A stretch of DNA of 63,915 nucleotides, filler included, from Choristocarpus tenellus KU-1152 (Eukaryota > Protista > Phaeophyceae): NCBI GenBank assembly GCA_964200185.2. It is 12 parts of 12 records of this genome, joined end to end, with 100 filler letters (N's around TTAATTAATTAA, not from the genome) between each part and the next. Parts side by side here need not be neighbours in the genome. Positions count along the whole stretch, not along the records: positions 1 to 5,628 come from CAXNAD020010200.1; positions 5,729 to 10,244 come from CAXNAD020014201.1; positions 10,345 to 23,778 come from CAXNAD020001495.1; 9 more parts are not named here. One strand, written 5' to 3'. The notes beneath the pieces were generated by a model, which was given only the letters and a program-made list of their open reading frames with translations, did no database searches and was not told the DNA's origin. Below, piece by piece: positions 1 to 13,400 of this stretch. Within the stretch, counting starts at the first letter, position 1, and each line of letters opens with the position of its first letter. Both the position numbers and the translations under genes were made by a program.

Positions 1-3000
1 CCGCCTGCTGTTCATGAAGAACCCGTTGCTGCCCCCCCCCCCGTCTTCACACGTGCACACACACACACACACACACACACACCAATTTATTCCTTTAGGA
101 GGATATCATGTTGTTAGCAAGTGTACACATCGTCGCTACTGCTGTTCTGAATGGTGATACACACAGTATATTCTTGCAGTTGTTGTGATTGTTTTCTTCT
201 TTTTCCCTACATGACCAACCACTACAACGTTAGTGGGGTAGTATGTACAAAATACTTTGAAGTATGTATGTATAGCTATAATGGTATTGATAGTATTCGA
301 CATGAGTACCACTGTCGTGAGGCAGGGTCCAATCAGCCATGGGGGGTGTTCAGAATGACCGGTTGTGTCACGGTGGGGTGCTTTCAGCAAACCCAAACCT
401 CTCTCAGCCATCAAATCTTAGGAGAAGTTTGAATGAAACATTGGGTGACGTGACAAAGAAAATTTTATGGGAACGTCACCAATGACAAAGAAATGTGCGC
501 GCAATATACTTAGGTGTGCACGCGAATGTGGATTGGACTGAGATCACCTTCCATCACATACTAATATACATATATGTATTTTAGTACTATTATTGAAGGA
601 CTAAACATATTGTGAAGAGTGACATTTCGATCGCATTCAGTTCAATAATAGATGATCGAAATAAACTAAACAACTGAGAATCAATCCAAATTGAGGGCTA
701 GGCAGGTTAGGACCATTTCGCGCCACCTTTCTTTGCCCTGTCCAATACACTCTATTCCGTTGCTTTATGTGCACAATTGTGTACGCAAAATTGATGTTCC
801 CCCTTCTTTCCACACACAAAGTGACACCACAGTTAAGAAAAAGCTCTTTCTGTAGTAGTATAAAATGCAAGCCTGCCTACCTCTCAATTGGTTTGGCTCT
901 GAACTGAAGAGCTTCGGTTACTTGGGAGGGTTTTCAATTACAGTAATACAACCAAAAGTACCGCTGAACGTCTGAGAGGTCGCAGAATCACACAACAAAC
1001 AACAGACCTCGTAAATTGCTCACGAGGATCAAAAGTCACTACATTTTATTTTCCTGTCTGTGTATCTGCTCCACCATTCAAGATAAGAGTGTTTTGCCTC
1101 GTGATGCCACACGCCACTCGGCGACCTGCGCGCCCTTCGTGTACGTGACCTCATGCACCAGTGATTTAATAAAAAAATTCCTATGTAACTTTACCATGAT
1201 CTAATTCTTGTCGTAAATTCCCTCCATTCACAAGTTGTAAGATATGAAGTAAACTGAGTTTTGTTTGGAAGAGAAATTCAGAAGTAGGATGAGAGGTGAT
1301 GGTAGATTGGCTGGAATTCAGGGGGTGGAAAGGGGAAAGGAAATAAAGCAAAAGCACCAATGGAATGGAGGGAGAGAATGGTGAAGTTAGAACGGATTGA
1401 TTCGTAAATGATACGAAAATTGTAAGATTGCTGAAGAAATCGAGTTTGTGGATGGGAGAAATTCGCAAGTAGTGATGATTGGTGTAATTAATTGGAATTT
1501 CTAGGGTTTTGGAAGAAGTGGAAGAAGGGAAAAAGAAAAAGAAAATGATATATGAGGAGAAAAGTTAATAATAACTGGCTATCTATGTGCATTGAAGAAA
1601 GGATTATATGAAAGTAAAGAGTTAATATGGGACTGGTGACTTTGGGGGAGTCCTGAATTAGGTCAATGTACAGCATTTGGATGGGATAAGGAGGTATAGG
1701 AAAAGGGTAGCGAACTGAAAGTAACTTTCCCCACTTGCCCAACCTCTCCATTGCTCATGATGATTGAGTGGGAGGTGGGTGGGTGAATTAATAATGTGGA
1801 GTGCATGAAGATGAAGTGGATGAACGTGGAGTAGATAGGAATGTGGAGTGGATATGCGGGTGGCTGCATGGCTTTGATTGGATAATAATAATGTTATTAT
1901 ATAGATGGTCATGCATAATATGCAGATTGTTAGTGGTTTGGCTGGCAGCACAATGTCTAGGGTTGGATGGGAAAAGGAGGTGAAAAAGAAATGATACTGG
2001 AGTGGCAAGGAGAGGAATTGCGATGGTGGAATGACGTGTGGAATGGTGAGGCGTGTAAGGAATGAGAAGTACTACTAGTAGTGGGTGATCAATATTAATC
2101 CATAATTTTGTGAGTAAGGTTTTGAAAGTATTATAAGGACTACTATAAGAACATTGCGCTACCAGAAAGGCTCTGTAGTGCCACAACAAGGGAAAGATGA
2201 TCTCTCCTCCACTCAAGAGAACAACAGTAGGTCACGTTTTGGGGTGTTCTTCGGGGTCCTTCAAGGCTGGACAGAAACGGGTGGGGGGCCAGGGTAACTA
2301 GTGTTGCCATGTCAAGGCTGGGCCGATTTTATGGGCGCTTTTTCCCTCCCCCATCGGCATTGTTAGAGGGAATCGCAGCAGATGACATGATACTATACTC
2401 ATTCGCAACCAAGGATAGCGTGTCGGGCTGGGGTGTGGTCACAGACCAATCGTCTGGTGGAAAGTGAGAAATAGCTCTTACACAAGAGTTTGTAAGTAGC
2501 CCAAACGAAGGTCTAGGAGGAATCTGATTCAAAATCTATTGTGTGTCTATGAAGTTGTTGATGTTTGGATCATCAATGAATGGGACGTACCATGGTATCT
2601 GGAGCTGCATCAATCCTATTTTTCGTAAAGAAGAGCGGCACGTACTCGAGTGTGCGCTGTCCACGTACACTCTTAAGTTGAAGGCTTCGAAGAGACCAAC
2701 CACACTTACAAGTAATAGACAGCTCTTTTAGGTAAGCCTGAGATACGGAGCAATCTACCTCATCCCTCAAATGCACAAATGCGCACCGTTGCTCACGGCG
2801 GTAGGTCTGAATGTTCTATCCAATGGAAACCGTGGGGCGAAGATAAATTCGAAGCGGTGGACGGGGTTGGGGAACGATGTTGGCGAGCTGAGGAAACTGG
2901 AGAGCTAATGGTGTGTATTTGGGAGGTCCGCTCCTTGTGTCTGTTTGATTCCAGCTGGTCTTGCCTCACCATTGTGACTCGTGTTGAATGACACTATTTT

Positions 3001-4117
3001 CCACAACCACTAGAGGAGGAATTTAGACAGATTGAGGTATGCAAGTGGATTGAGTGCCTATGGCAAATATTTATTTTGAAGTATTCGGTGTGGGGTGGTG
3101 ATGCAGAAGTATATACTGCCTTCTTGCACAGCTGAGACTTCCTGCTCACTAGTTGATGACTACAGGACTGCCTCTGTGTCGAAAATAGATAGATTGGCAG
3201 GTTATGCCAAGGTGGAACAGACATCGGTACCACTCTCGCCCCCGCCTTGTCGAAATTTGCTGAGTGTCGCCTAGTGCATTATGTGTTTCCTTCCAGGTCT
3301 GGGAACGTAGGCAGCTAACTGCATTTTACCTTCACTATTACAACCTCACTTCAACTAGAATATTATTTTTTCGCTCCTCTTCCTCTCTGCCCACCCTTCC
3401 TCACATCGTACATTCTAATCTCAATGTTTGCCTCACCTGGAAAACACATATGCGCCCCTAGGCCACTCCAAGAGGGCATATGCAGTCTCAAAGAAAACTC
3501 ACGTCTGGGGAGGCGGTGGCGGCTCCCATATTGGCTAATGCAGGATTCCTCAGGTTCTCTGGGAATCTCAGTCTCTTCAAGTCCCCCATGGCAAGCGTTC
3601 AGAGAGAGGGGCCAAGAGTAGGGTGTTGTAGATGATCCAAAGATTAAAGGATTAGTGAAGTCATACGTGGTGGATGATACGGCATATACTGGCTATTGTA
3701 TCGTTGTAACTGTTGCTTTTGGTATCACACTCCCAACATACCCTCAATCTGTTTTGTGGTGGCCTGTCTTGGAGCGCTGGAGTCGTTCATGCCACTGTCC
3801 AATCCATTTCGACATATAAAGCACGGACGTGCCTGTCACTGCCAAGATTGGGTTTCTTAGAGAGGTAGGGCTTGGTAGGGAATGATGTGCAAGACCAGAC
3901 CTAATATAGCATTGTATCCTGTTTCTACTGAACATTCGCTGTAAATCTTTCCCTCAACGGTAAGCACTACAACAACTACGTAGAAAAATAATTTTTTTAG
4001 TCGTTTCTCTTATCTCCGAGAAGTGTTCCTTCCGACTCTTGAATCCAAGATTCGCCCACCATATATGCGCTCTCTGTGAACGTGACCCTTGCCCTGTAAG
4101 GTCAATCCCCCCCAACC

Positions 4118-4255
4118 TGTCAAACGCCATGGTATTGAGGTGTACACGGCATGAAGCCTGACTGTAAAGGAATGCTTTGTCGAATGCCATGTTATTGTAT
4201 TGAGGTGTACACAGCATGAAGCCTGACTGTAAAGGAATGCTTTGTCAAACCCCAT
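4118..4255. repeat. ~65-bp tandem duplication in intron just upstream of a CIA30 exon
   Basis: gtattgaggtgtacac(g/a)gcatgaagcctgactgtaaaggaatgctttgtc occurs at 4132 and again at 4197. Confidence 0.85.
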
Positions 4256-4267
4256 TTCTGTGCACAG

Positions 4268-4463
4268 GCGAAGTTTGCGGGGTTCTGTGGTTCGCGGCCA
4301 CCGAGAAGATTGAATCCGCTGGACCTAGACCTTTTTCAGGGATTTCAGATGCGAATTCGGGGGGATGGGAGAAAGTGAGAGGACACGCAAATGGTCCAGT
4401 GTTTGCGTCCTGCCGCTTGCTGTAATGACCCCCCTTTCTTTTCCTGGACAAGAGATCGATCTC

Positions 4464-4504
<41 letters not shown>

Positions 4505-5490
4505 ATTGTGTCCGAGCACGTGGACCCAGAGGAGTGTCTTTGTGCCTGTCCCCATCCCATCGCCCGTCGATTGAAGAGAAAGGTTTTATTTTTTTACCTA
4601 GCAGAAGAAGACTCGTGTGTGTGTGTGTGTGTGTGTATGTGCTTGTTTACATCTTCCTCTGTTTCTGCCATTACGGCTTTTGAGCCAGTGCTACAGTATC
4701 GTGCTGTGTGCATGGTAGGTAGTTCCAGTGCATGTAGATTCGTTCTTGGGGGCGTCCTTCCGTCTTTCCTCCCCTATCGTCGTTGGAGGGTGACGTGCAA
4801 CCAATGGCACTTGGGATGTGACATAGTTATGATGTACCCGACTACAAAACCCACAACAATGCTTAGGAAAAACAAGCGCGTGCTTAGAACGTGCTTGTTA
4901 TATATATACATATATATACATACAAGCATACATTTCTTACAAATGCCATAGAAAGATAGATAGATAGGTAAGGTGTAATGATGTCTTGTGGTTATGCCTA
5001 CTAGTGCCTTGTGTGCTTTTTTTTTCTTGTGTTTTATACTCTTGAAAAAGAAAAAAGAACGAGGTTCTACAAACACGTTTTTTAACCTTTTTTTGGGGGG
5101 GGGGATCTTAGGCTTTTTAGGGTCGGTTGAGGTGGCTGCACTGCAGTCCCTAGCGCTCTTGTGTACTTCCCACACCTCCACCTCCTCCTCCTCCTCCAAA
5201 CTTTTGACATGAGTTATCTTTTTTTTTGGGGTCCCAGATATGAGGTGAATGTGGAATCCCAGACGACCATCCCTAATGACGTTTATCAGGGGTACCTTCA
5301 CCTTCCCCAAGGGGAATGGACTACAGTGGCACTGCCATTTGAGCGGTTGCTTCTCACCGGGAGGGGACAGGTCCGCTTCCACCAGAGGATAATGGATTGG
5401 GCGAAGCTACACTCGATCGGATTTTCATTGGCCGATGGAATTGAGGGACCTTTTCAATTGGATGTGGCATGGATTGCTGCTGTGCAAGAG
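4268..5490 (+). CDS. NDUFAF1: CIA30/NDUFAF1 family complex I assembly factor, two internal exons (4268-4374, 5238-5490)
   Basis: Acceptor ttctgtgcacag, then AKFAGFCGSRPPRRLNPLDLDLFQGFQMRIRGDGR-AA|gtgaga. Acceptor gtcccag, then A-YEVNVESQTTIPNDVYQGYLHLPQGEWTTVALPFERLLLTGRG...SIGFSLADGIEGPFQLDVAWIAAVQE|gtacat. The phases join (AA+A = K). The RGDGRxY, WxxVxLPF and GPFxL motifs are typical of the CIA30 domain. Confidence 0.88.
4465..4636. repeat. (GT)n microsatellites
   Basis: GT runs at ~4465-4500 and ~4615-4636; similar runs at ~55-82, ~15563-15597 and ~63630-63652. Confidence 0.9.
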
Positions 5491-5519
5491 GTACATACAC
5501 TGGGGCTTGCCTTGGAGGA

Positions 5520-5560
<41 letters not shown>

Positions 5561-5628
5561 GGGGGGAGAGGGATAGAGTTTTTTTCCTTTTCACGACGAA
5601 AGGGGGAGAGTGGGGGGGGGGGGGGGGG

Positions 5629-5728
5629 NNNNNNNNNNNNNNNNNNNNNNNNNNNNNNNNNNNNNNNNNNNNTTAATTAATTAANNNNNNNNNNNNNNNN
5701 NNNNNNNNNNNNNNNNNNNNNNNNNNNN
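5629..5728. other. Artificial contig linker (first of 11)
   Basis: 44 N + TTAATTAATTAA (stop codons in all six frames) + 44 N. Identical linkers start at 10245, 23779, 28058, 32857, 38314, 43474, 47512, 51079, 54260 and 60121. Confidence 0.98.
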
Positions 5729-5743
5729 CGCAACGGGGCGCGT

Positions 5744-5801
<58 letters not shown>

Positions 5802-5804
<3 letters not shown>

Positions 5805-5953
5805 CTACACCAGGTATCCATTTGGACCATAATCAGGAAAAGTGCACTTATATTATCCATCCGACGTATGCAACCGAATCACACAAAAATCGCGAGACGA
5901 AAAAATTGACCCCAAATGGACAGCCACTACCACCCCCCCATATACTTTGAGCC
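5802..5953 (+). mobile_element. MITE family A (Sola2-like termini), left end lost in poly-G
   Basis: Internal tacaccaggtatccatttggacc...aagtgcactta..ttatcca matches 27973-28057, 48280-48372 (reverse) and 53239-53400 (reverse); ends ...cccca-tatactttgagcc. Confidence 0.7.
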
Positions 5954-6499
5954 ATTATATGCTTGACCATTTGTGAGAATATGATTCGAATTAACATTTT
6001 ATGTAAGCACAGACGATGATGCAGGACATTTAGGATATGTAGGCGGCGTATTTGACCAGAAGCAATTGGTGGAATGTTAGAGTTGGAATGTTTCTGACGT
6101 GTACTAGAGAACTGTTGAGTAATTTCGTATTCTGAGTCATTTACTGTAAGGCTTGGTGAGCCTCATCTAGTGATGGTGTCTCACTCTCTTCTCAACTGCG
6201 ATACAAGCTAATAAACAATAATATAACTGGTTGTGAGGAACAACAGATCGTCAAGGACAGCCTAACATGCTACAGCATTCTTGATGAGTGTGCTTGCGTA
6301 GTTAAATCTGTGTCCACAAAAATTCCAGATGATTTGTGAACAAGAAGTTGCCATCATCTTACAAAAATACCCTTATCAAATGATAAAAGGGTCTTGGTCG
6401 TGGAGAGGTGGAAGTAAATATTCGTCAGGTTCATTCTCCTTGTATTCCTCCGCCATCAAGCTCTGAAAACGATTGGTGGAAGTGTGGAACGTGTTCTGT

Positions 6500-6640
6500 C
6501 GTCTCCTTGATTGAACTGTATGCCAATCCGAATGATGTGGCGTATGTATGTATGTGGTGCCCAAAGTATCGGCAATATACTCCAGGTGTCCCCAAAAGTA
6601 CCATAAATATACTCTCCCACTTCAGAACGATTGCTGTCAT
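6500..6640 (+). mobile_element. Possible BED-type zinc-finger fragment of a DNA transposase
   Basis: VCMWCPKYRQYTPGVPKSTINILSHFRT resembles the BED CxxC...(S/G)TxNLxxH pattern; no downstream catalytic domain seen. Confidence 0.3.
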
Positions 6641-7879
6641 CGCCACTGCGAAACAGATGGAAACAAGCCGACAGGTTCCTCGTGACGAAGGGGAGGGAGA
6701 AGACCCACAGGAGGTAAGGAAAAGGAGAGAGACAAGACAAGATGGAGAGCAATCCCTCAGAAGATCACTCAGGAAAGAGTGAACAAGTGAAGTGAATGAG
6801 GGGGGGTTGCAAGTCCCCCTCAAACCACTCGCTATTTACATTCAAGCAGATGTTACATGCAAATAAATTGTCGTATGAATATCAGATTCTTCAAGATAGG
6901 GTATACCTTCGAAAGATATACCTACTTTGGAAGATGGCTCTCACACATATTCATTATATATTTCAGCGTTCTAATCCTTAATATATTTTCAAGTGCAGGA
7001 CATATTATAACCAGACTGATTATATCTGTTAGGGATGGGTCTAAATAATGGCTTTAGTTACACAAAAAAAGGAAAACATATTCAGTACCACACACACATA
7101 GGATTAGTCAGTGGTGGCAGAGTAACAAACTCACAGTGCACACTCACACATACACAACTCCAAAAAAATACAACAGCATCTCGTAATATGCTAGCGTAAC
7201 AACAAAAAACTCTTGTTCGATACGAAATAAATAAATAGATGTACTCCAGTACCCAATTTCACCTCCAAATTGCAGCTTAAAAATAAACACAAAACCACAA
7301 AATGCTTACTACTGTACAAGCCGATGATATTTAAAACAGAGGTTCACTGATGCAGCTCCACAATGAAAAAACAACAGGGAGAAGAAAGGTAGGGAGTGGG
7401 GAGCAAGGAGTGGTTGGGGGGGGGGAAAGCCAACACTCCCTCACACAATCTTGGGTAAGCAAAACAAGAACAAAAATGACAAAAAAATACAAAAAGCAAT
7501 GAATCAGCTGTCAACAACCAGAGCCTGTGCAAAAAAAAAATACTAAGTTGAAATACTGTCAAAGGTTTGAAAACCTGTAGTTCAGGACCCAAGTGTTGAT
7601 CCAGAAAAAATAAAAAAATGTCAAAACCATATTATATTGGAGGGGATGCCAACAACCACTGCGAAACAGGGTTAAATCACCACACTACTACAATCTTTCC
7701 TTCCCTAGCACCAGCCCCCCCCCCTCTAATTCCCTCTGCAATCTACTGACTACTGAGCACTCCCTTCCTCCCCGCTCCCCATCCCCACCATTCCCACTCT
7801 AATCATTCCATCTCCTTCTCATCATTCATCTCCAAATTAAGCCCTCCACATCTTCACCATCCCAAGAGGTATTGAACAG

Positions 7880-9067
7880 TCAGAAACTTGCCAAGCCACC
7901 CCCCTCCGCATGATGTACACGCGGCACAATACCCGTCACGAGCGCCTCGAGACTACTTGCCTCTGACAAAGGAAACTCCTGACTAGCCTCGTTCTTCTCC
8001 CTACTTGTTTCACGATGCTCCCTCGGAGGATGCTCCCAGTCCAAATCTTCCACCCTAGCCTCAGACAGCTCCCTCTCACGTATGACTCTCCCACCCTCCT
8101 GCTCTTCCCCCTCCGCCCTCTCCCTCTTCTCCTCACCACAGTCACCACCTCTACCGCCATCCATTTCCCCTACAGCACCAGCATGAATAGGAGAAACCAC
8201 AACGCCTTCCATACCTTCAATCCCCTCCACTTCTGCTGCAACTGCCACGCCTCGGCCTGCAACACAACTCACCGCCTCTGATACCACAACCAGCAAACTC
8301 TTAGTACCCTCTGCCCTTCCCACTCCCCCACGACTTCCACTCACACCCAACCCCACCTCTCCCCTTCCCATTTCATCCTGGTCCAGTCCCTCATCCTCGC
8401 TGGGGCACTCTGAAGTCACAGAGGGCGTTGCTGTCTGCTCAGAGTTCATCTCTTCCATTCTCAAGGCACTCTCCTCTGCTCCCCTCACCCCATTGCTACC
8501 CACACCAACAACGCCACCCCCCTGCCCCAACAAAGCCTCTTCAGCAACGATGGAACCCAATGAGCCCTGCCCCACACCGTCTGCTACCACCCCACCAGAC
8601 TCCCTCAAGCTACGGTTTTTGCCTTCTTCACTCCCAGGGCTGCAACAGGCCAAGTCTGACTTCACTGCTCTTCCTGCCCCTGAGCTCAAGTTTGACCCTC
8701 CCAATGAAATCATTGTTCCACACTCTACCCCTTTTACAGCTACTCCTGGCTCGTCCACCATCACCTTTTCTCCAGGCTTCTCAACGAGATCTCCTGAGTG
8801 CAAAGGCGCAGCCACCCCTGAACATCCTGCCACTGCTGTTGAAACAGCCGACCTTGTCACCCCTTCCACTTCAGCCCCTTCCGTCAACGAGGACACATCC
8901 GAGGCTGGAGGGGGAAGGAAAGGCAAGCAAACTACAGTGGCAGTAATATCATCTCGGTAGTCACCCACCATCTCTGACCACCTGCGATTGGCCAGCTCCA
9001 TAATGCACTTGGTTGCCACAGCAGCTCCGTGGCCCTTATCCAGGGAAGCCTGAACCACCTCAGCTGC
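7880..9067 (-). CDS. PP2C (PPM) phosphatase, last exon with long acidic/Gly-rich C-terminal tail
   Basis: Acceptor ...gggctcag|GCAGCTGAG. The 396-codon phase-0 exon reads AAEVVQ...ELANRRWSEMVGDYRDDITATVVCLP (PP2C C-terminal DDIT motif) and stays open to TGA at 7880. Confidence 0.8.
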   Translation of the reverse strand, partial: AAEVVQASLDKGHGAAVATKCIMELANRRWSEMVGDYRDDITATVVCLPFLPPPASDVSSLTEGAEVEGVTRSAVSTAVAGCSGVAAPLHSGDLVEKPGEKVMVDEPGVAVKGVECGTMISLGGSNLSSGAGRAVKSDLACCSPGSEEGKNRSLRESGGVVADGVGQGSLGSIVAEEALLGQGGGVVGVGSNGVRGAEESALRMEEMNSEQTATPSVTSECPSEDEGLDQDEMGRGEVGLGVSGSRGGVGRAEGTKSLLVVVSEAVSCVAGRGVAVAAEVEGIEGMEGVVVSPIHAGAVGEMDGGRGGDCGEEKRERAEGEEQEGGRVIRERELSEARVEDLDWEHPPREHRETSREKNEASQEFPLSEASSLEALVTGIVPRVHHAEGGGLASF

Positions 9068-10414
9068 CTGAGCCCAGGACCCCAAAACAGGTAAAAGAAC
9101 AATAGAAGATGTTTTAAAGATTGGAATTGGAATTAGGCAGCAGGGGATGGAAAGAGACAAAATGAGACGGGGAGCAAGGCTGGAGGGGGGACTTGGGACT
9201 GGGGAGACAAAGTCAGAGGGGTGAGGAAAGCGCCCTAAGGAACCAACCACATACGTCAAAGGTAGTACAAAGTATCACAAAAGAAAATGGCGGACCATTC
9301 AGACTTCAATACTCAGTACAACCACAACAAACACTACAAAAGCCTCCCACTGACGAAGCATACCAATTGCTGTACAAAAAAAGTTTTTAAAAAAAGTACG
9401 AAACCCATCTGGTGGCAACATGATCCTGATTGGTGTTCCTGGCGACAGGGTGTGTACAGACTGTGTTGTTCACCTTGTTTGCCAATCCACAAGAACTAAC
9501 AGCAGACAAGTCTTTGGGAGCTGCCGGACATGTTCTACGATATCAGATGCTGTACTTCACAACAGTACAAGTGCAATACACATGGCACTTAAGACCAGCA
9601 GTCCATTCAGTGCACCCGAGTACAGAAGAGGTCTACTGTAATATCCTCCTACTGTAAATCTATTAGCTCCATAAATTCCCATAGGGTTTTGGGACGAAAG
9701 TGAACACATTGAATATTCACTGCACTTCCACATAAAAATTGTTCCAAGCAAAATGTAAGCATCGTATGTATACCCAACTTACAACTTACACATTGTACCC
9801 TCTACATTTCAAATGAAAAGGTACTGGACTACACTAAAGCCTGTTACACAGGTTCCCGATACTCTTGGCACTCATACTGTAGACAACCCACACGCGCACA
9901 AAACAACCTCATGCACAATAAATAGGCTTGGGCTTACGATTAAATCAAATCAGTACACAGCATCAATTATCTTGGGTTGGTCTTGTATAGATGGCACTGC
10001 ACCATACTTGATTCATGTACCAAAGCCTAACAATAGCTTGTATCTTGTGGAAGGTATACCATACACACTGCTAAAAGAAATCTATGTATCCCTGCCACGG
10101 AAAAGAACCCTCAATTGACATAGTGAGAGGAGCATAGTGAGAGGAGGGGGGGGGGGGGGGGGGGGGGGGACAATGCATTATGTGATGCAAAATCCACCTC
10201 TCCCCCTTTATATTTACAACCAAATAATATTTCCCTTTTATAAANNNNNNNNNNNNNNNNNNNNNNNNNNNNNNNNNNNNNNNNNNNNTTAATTAATTAA
10301 NNNNNNNNNNNNNNNNNNNNNNNNNNNNNNNNNNNNNNNNNNNNATTTTTGCCTACGTGCACTGCTGTACCCCTCTACCTGCTGGCTTGCAACCATTTCC
10401 CGTGACCTCATTAG

Positions 10415-13400
10415 GAGCGTATGGCAATGACTGTTTTCGAGGTATTCCGGCGGTGGAAGCTGGCCAACCCAAGTCGAGAGTCTGGACTCTATGCGAAGAT
10501 GGTGCGTTCTCATTCACCGCACAAACTTGTGAGGAGGGGTATGCTATTTTTTGTGTTGACTTGTATCTCTTGCATTTCCAGTATTTCTTGTGAAATTAGT
10601 CTTCCCTGGTAAATGTCCTTTTTGTTCAGAAACCAAAAGATGTATTTGCTTTGATTAATGTTCCTGGGTGACAAATCCAAATAGTGTTTATCTGTTAGGT
10701 TTAGCTGTTGTTATTTGTATTGGCCACAGTGCAGCAGCACTTGTCTACTGGTACCCTGTGGTGCCTGTCTTTAGCGCTTTGACGTGCTGCATACAGTCAA
10801 TGCCATGTCCAGCAGTTCAAACCAGGTCCGCATACATGGCCAGAAGTGCGCTCTCTTTCTGTATTTTGAGATTTTTGATGTTACTTGGAGTGAACAGCTA
10901 TTGGTAGAGTTGTATGGACTAGAACCAGGCTATTACAGAGTTCAAAACAAAAGAAATATGATAAACATGAAAACTATCAGTTCACCACTTTCCTTCGTGC
11001 TTCAAAAATGTATATTCCCAACTGCTCTGTCATGTCACTGAGTGCTTTGTAGAGTTTCTGGCATAGCTGGGACTTGAGAAATTGATATTCCTCAAAGCAG
11101 CAGACTTCAGACATGAAGGCTTGGCCATTGGTAATGACCTTTGGCAAATGATGAGTCAAGGGTGGGTTTGGTTTAGATTTAGGGAGAATAAGGCTTAGAG
11201 TTGGATTTTGGTTTATGACCGCTTTGTTACTATTTCTTCCCATGGCAGTTGTATTCCTTCACACCGCTGTGACAACTCCTTAGACCCAAAACGCTTGAAA
11301 GGGTAGGAATTTTGAACTGTCCATTCGGGGCTTGACTTCCCACGGGTTTTTATGCCTTTTTCGGTTTTCGAAACATTTCGGAGTAGGTAAAATGCATACG
11401 AAGATGAAAGGTGTGTCTGGAACAAGGATATTGACACTTGCCAACAAACACAATAGCCAAAATTACATCAAAATCGTAACATTGGGTTTTGGACCCCAAA
11501 TGGACGCGATCCTACCCTCTTAAATACTTTGACTCCTTATCTAGCACCGATCATTGCATCTTCTACTTCCAACCTGCCCCTGTCATGCTCCTGAGATAAG
11601 TATGGTCCCGAATCCTCTCCTCTCAACCCCGCTGATTTTTCATATTCCACAGACTCACATGCTGATGGACTTCCAGCGGAGGGCTCACAAGGGGGAGGGA
11701 TACTCCTGTGTTGGGAAGATTGTGTGAGTAGGCCCACTGCCATATAGAGGGCTCATGTCACCTTGGGACATGTTTGTTGCTGTATGTGTATGACAATGGT
11801 CCCAACTCTGTTGGACACTTGATAGTATGCATTCCATGGGTATGTAGTTCTTGGCAGATTATGTTTCGGGTTCTCCTCTTCAAGACCAAGAGGTGATCAA
11901 CACACCAACTCTTTGAGTGCCATGGATGGTGGTTGGAGTGGTGAAGGGGTGGTGGAGTTATAGGTAGTACAGTGGAGGGCATGATGTTTTCAGACATGCC
12001 TGTAAGGCCACCCCTTTAGACTATTTTCTATTTCCCCCCTGTAACAGAAAGGCTTGTCTTTCCTTTTTCAATGCTAGATGGGATGGGGTGAGAAGGGGGG
12101 CAGGCAGGCTGGCGTACTCTGAAGCATGTTGTGGTTTCATGGCCAATGACTGAGGCTTGTGACAAAGTTCAGGGTCATTGTTGGAAGTGGGGCACATTAT
12201 GTTCCGGCCTGCGTGATTGAATTGTGTTGGATTGTCAATTGAATGCTCTGTGACTTTTGAGCCCTCAACTTGGCCCTGAACCCAATTGCATGTGATCACT
12301 TGTTTTGAATTTGAACTAATTTCTAGAACGGTAATGTTTCTAAAGAATCTTCTACTATAGTGTGACGGTGGATTGAGGACCAGGTCAAGCAGTCATGGAA
12401 CCCATCGATGCAGTAGAGATTGAGACACAGACAACCTCCGTCTCTCTTTCTCTCTTTCTCAATTTTGTAAGCCCTAAACCCATTCTGTCTGCCTTGTAAC
12501 CAATCCCGCCAACCACTCTAATATCCTTGAAGACCCTGATATCATCAAGGCCAGCTCGCCCATTATGCTTTGCCTGCCAGATGGTGCCAATACCCCTAAG
12601 GCACCTGCACAGGTCAGTGTCATCACTACTATAATTGGCATTGTGCTGTTTTGGCACAGGATAGGAGTGGGGTTGTTAGACTGGGCAAGGTAAGGGCTCA
12701 CGTAAATTTTGGTCTCTCAACTTAATGCTAGTGTTAGTGTTGGGGGGGGTAGGGGTGGTGGAACCTACCTACCAATGTGAGCAAGGCAGGACTATTATTC
12801 TTGGGCAGCGGCAGGGGCAGGGATAGGGGAATGGGTAAGGGTAGGGATGGTGGGACCCACTGATGTTGAGCCAGTACGACTGATGTCCAAAGTTGGAGAC
12901 AGCGAATACATCCAACCCCTACTAGCTTAGGGCTTAGAACACTATGACCTTCAAAGGTTGCAGATCAATCTCATTGGCTGTTAAGATGATTGATCCGAGC
13001 ACCACCTCCATAGCAACATGTTCAATGTAGGAAGCAGTATTCTCAAGTGATGCAAGGTTGACAGGGTATAGGTTGAATCGCGAAGTGAATGAATCCTGTT
13101 ATGTAAGGGTGATACCTGTGGGGGCTGTTCATGTGGGGTTTCAGATCATGCCCCCTTTTCCATCAATGTTTAGATTACTCACATTTATAAGTAGACATTT
13201 TAAAGGATACCACCTTTGTGCGCAGGGTCCTGAAATGCACTGTGAATGTGAATTGGGAAGAACGGGCAGTGTTGAGGGATGTGGTTATGCAGATTAGTTG
13301 GAATGGGAAGAATCAGTGATGTGCTGGGGGTTTGGCTAGGGCTTACGTTCATCTAGGCCGACTAGTGCTGTTGTCCTGGATCTTTGGTATTTTTTGAGCT

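Noticed and set aside
4391-5382. Long ORFs 4391-4951 (+) and 4774-5382 (-)
   Set aside because: Driven by microsatellites and low-complexity sequence in the CIA30 intron, or antisense to its exon.
8015-8960. Plus-strand Pro/Ser/Thr-rich ORFs
   Set aside because: Antisense shadows of the PP2C last exon.
10630-10667. Candidate extra DUF2009 exon [12 protein letters not shown]
   Set aside because: The only donor gives phase 2, which is incompatible with the phase-0 exon at 10775.
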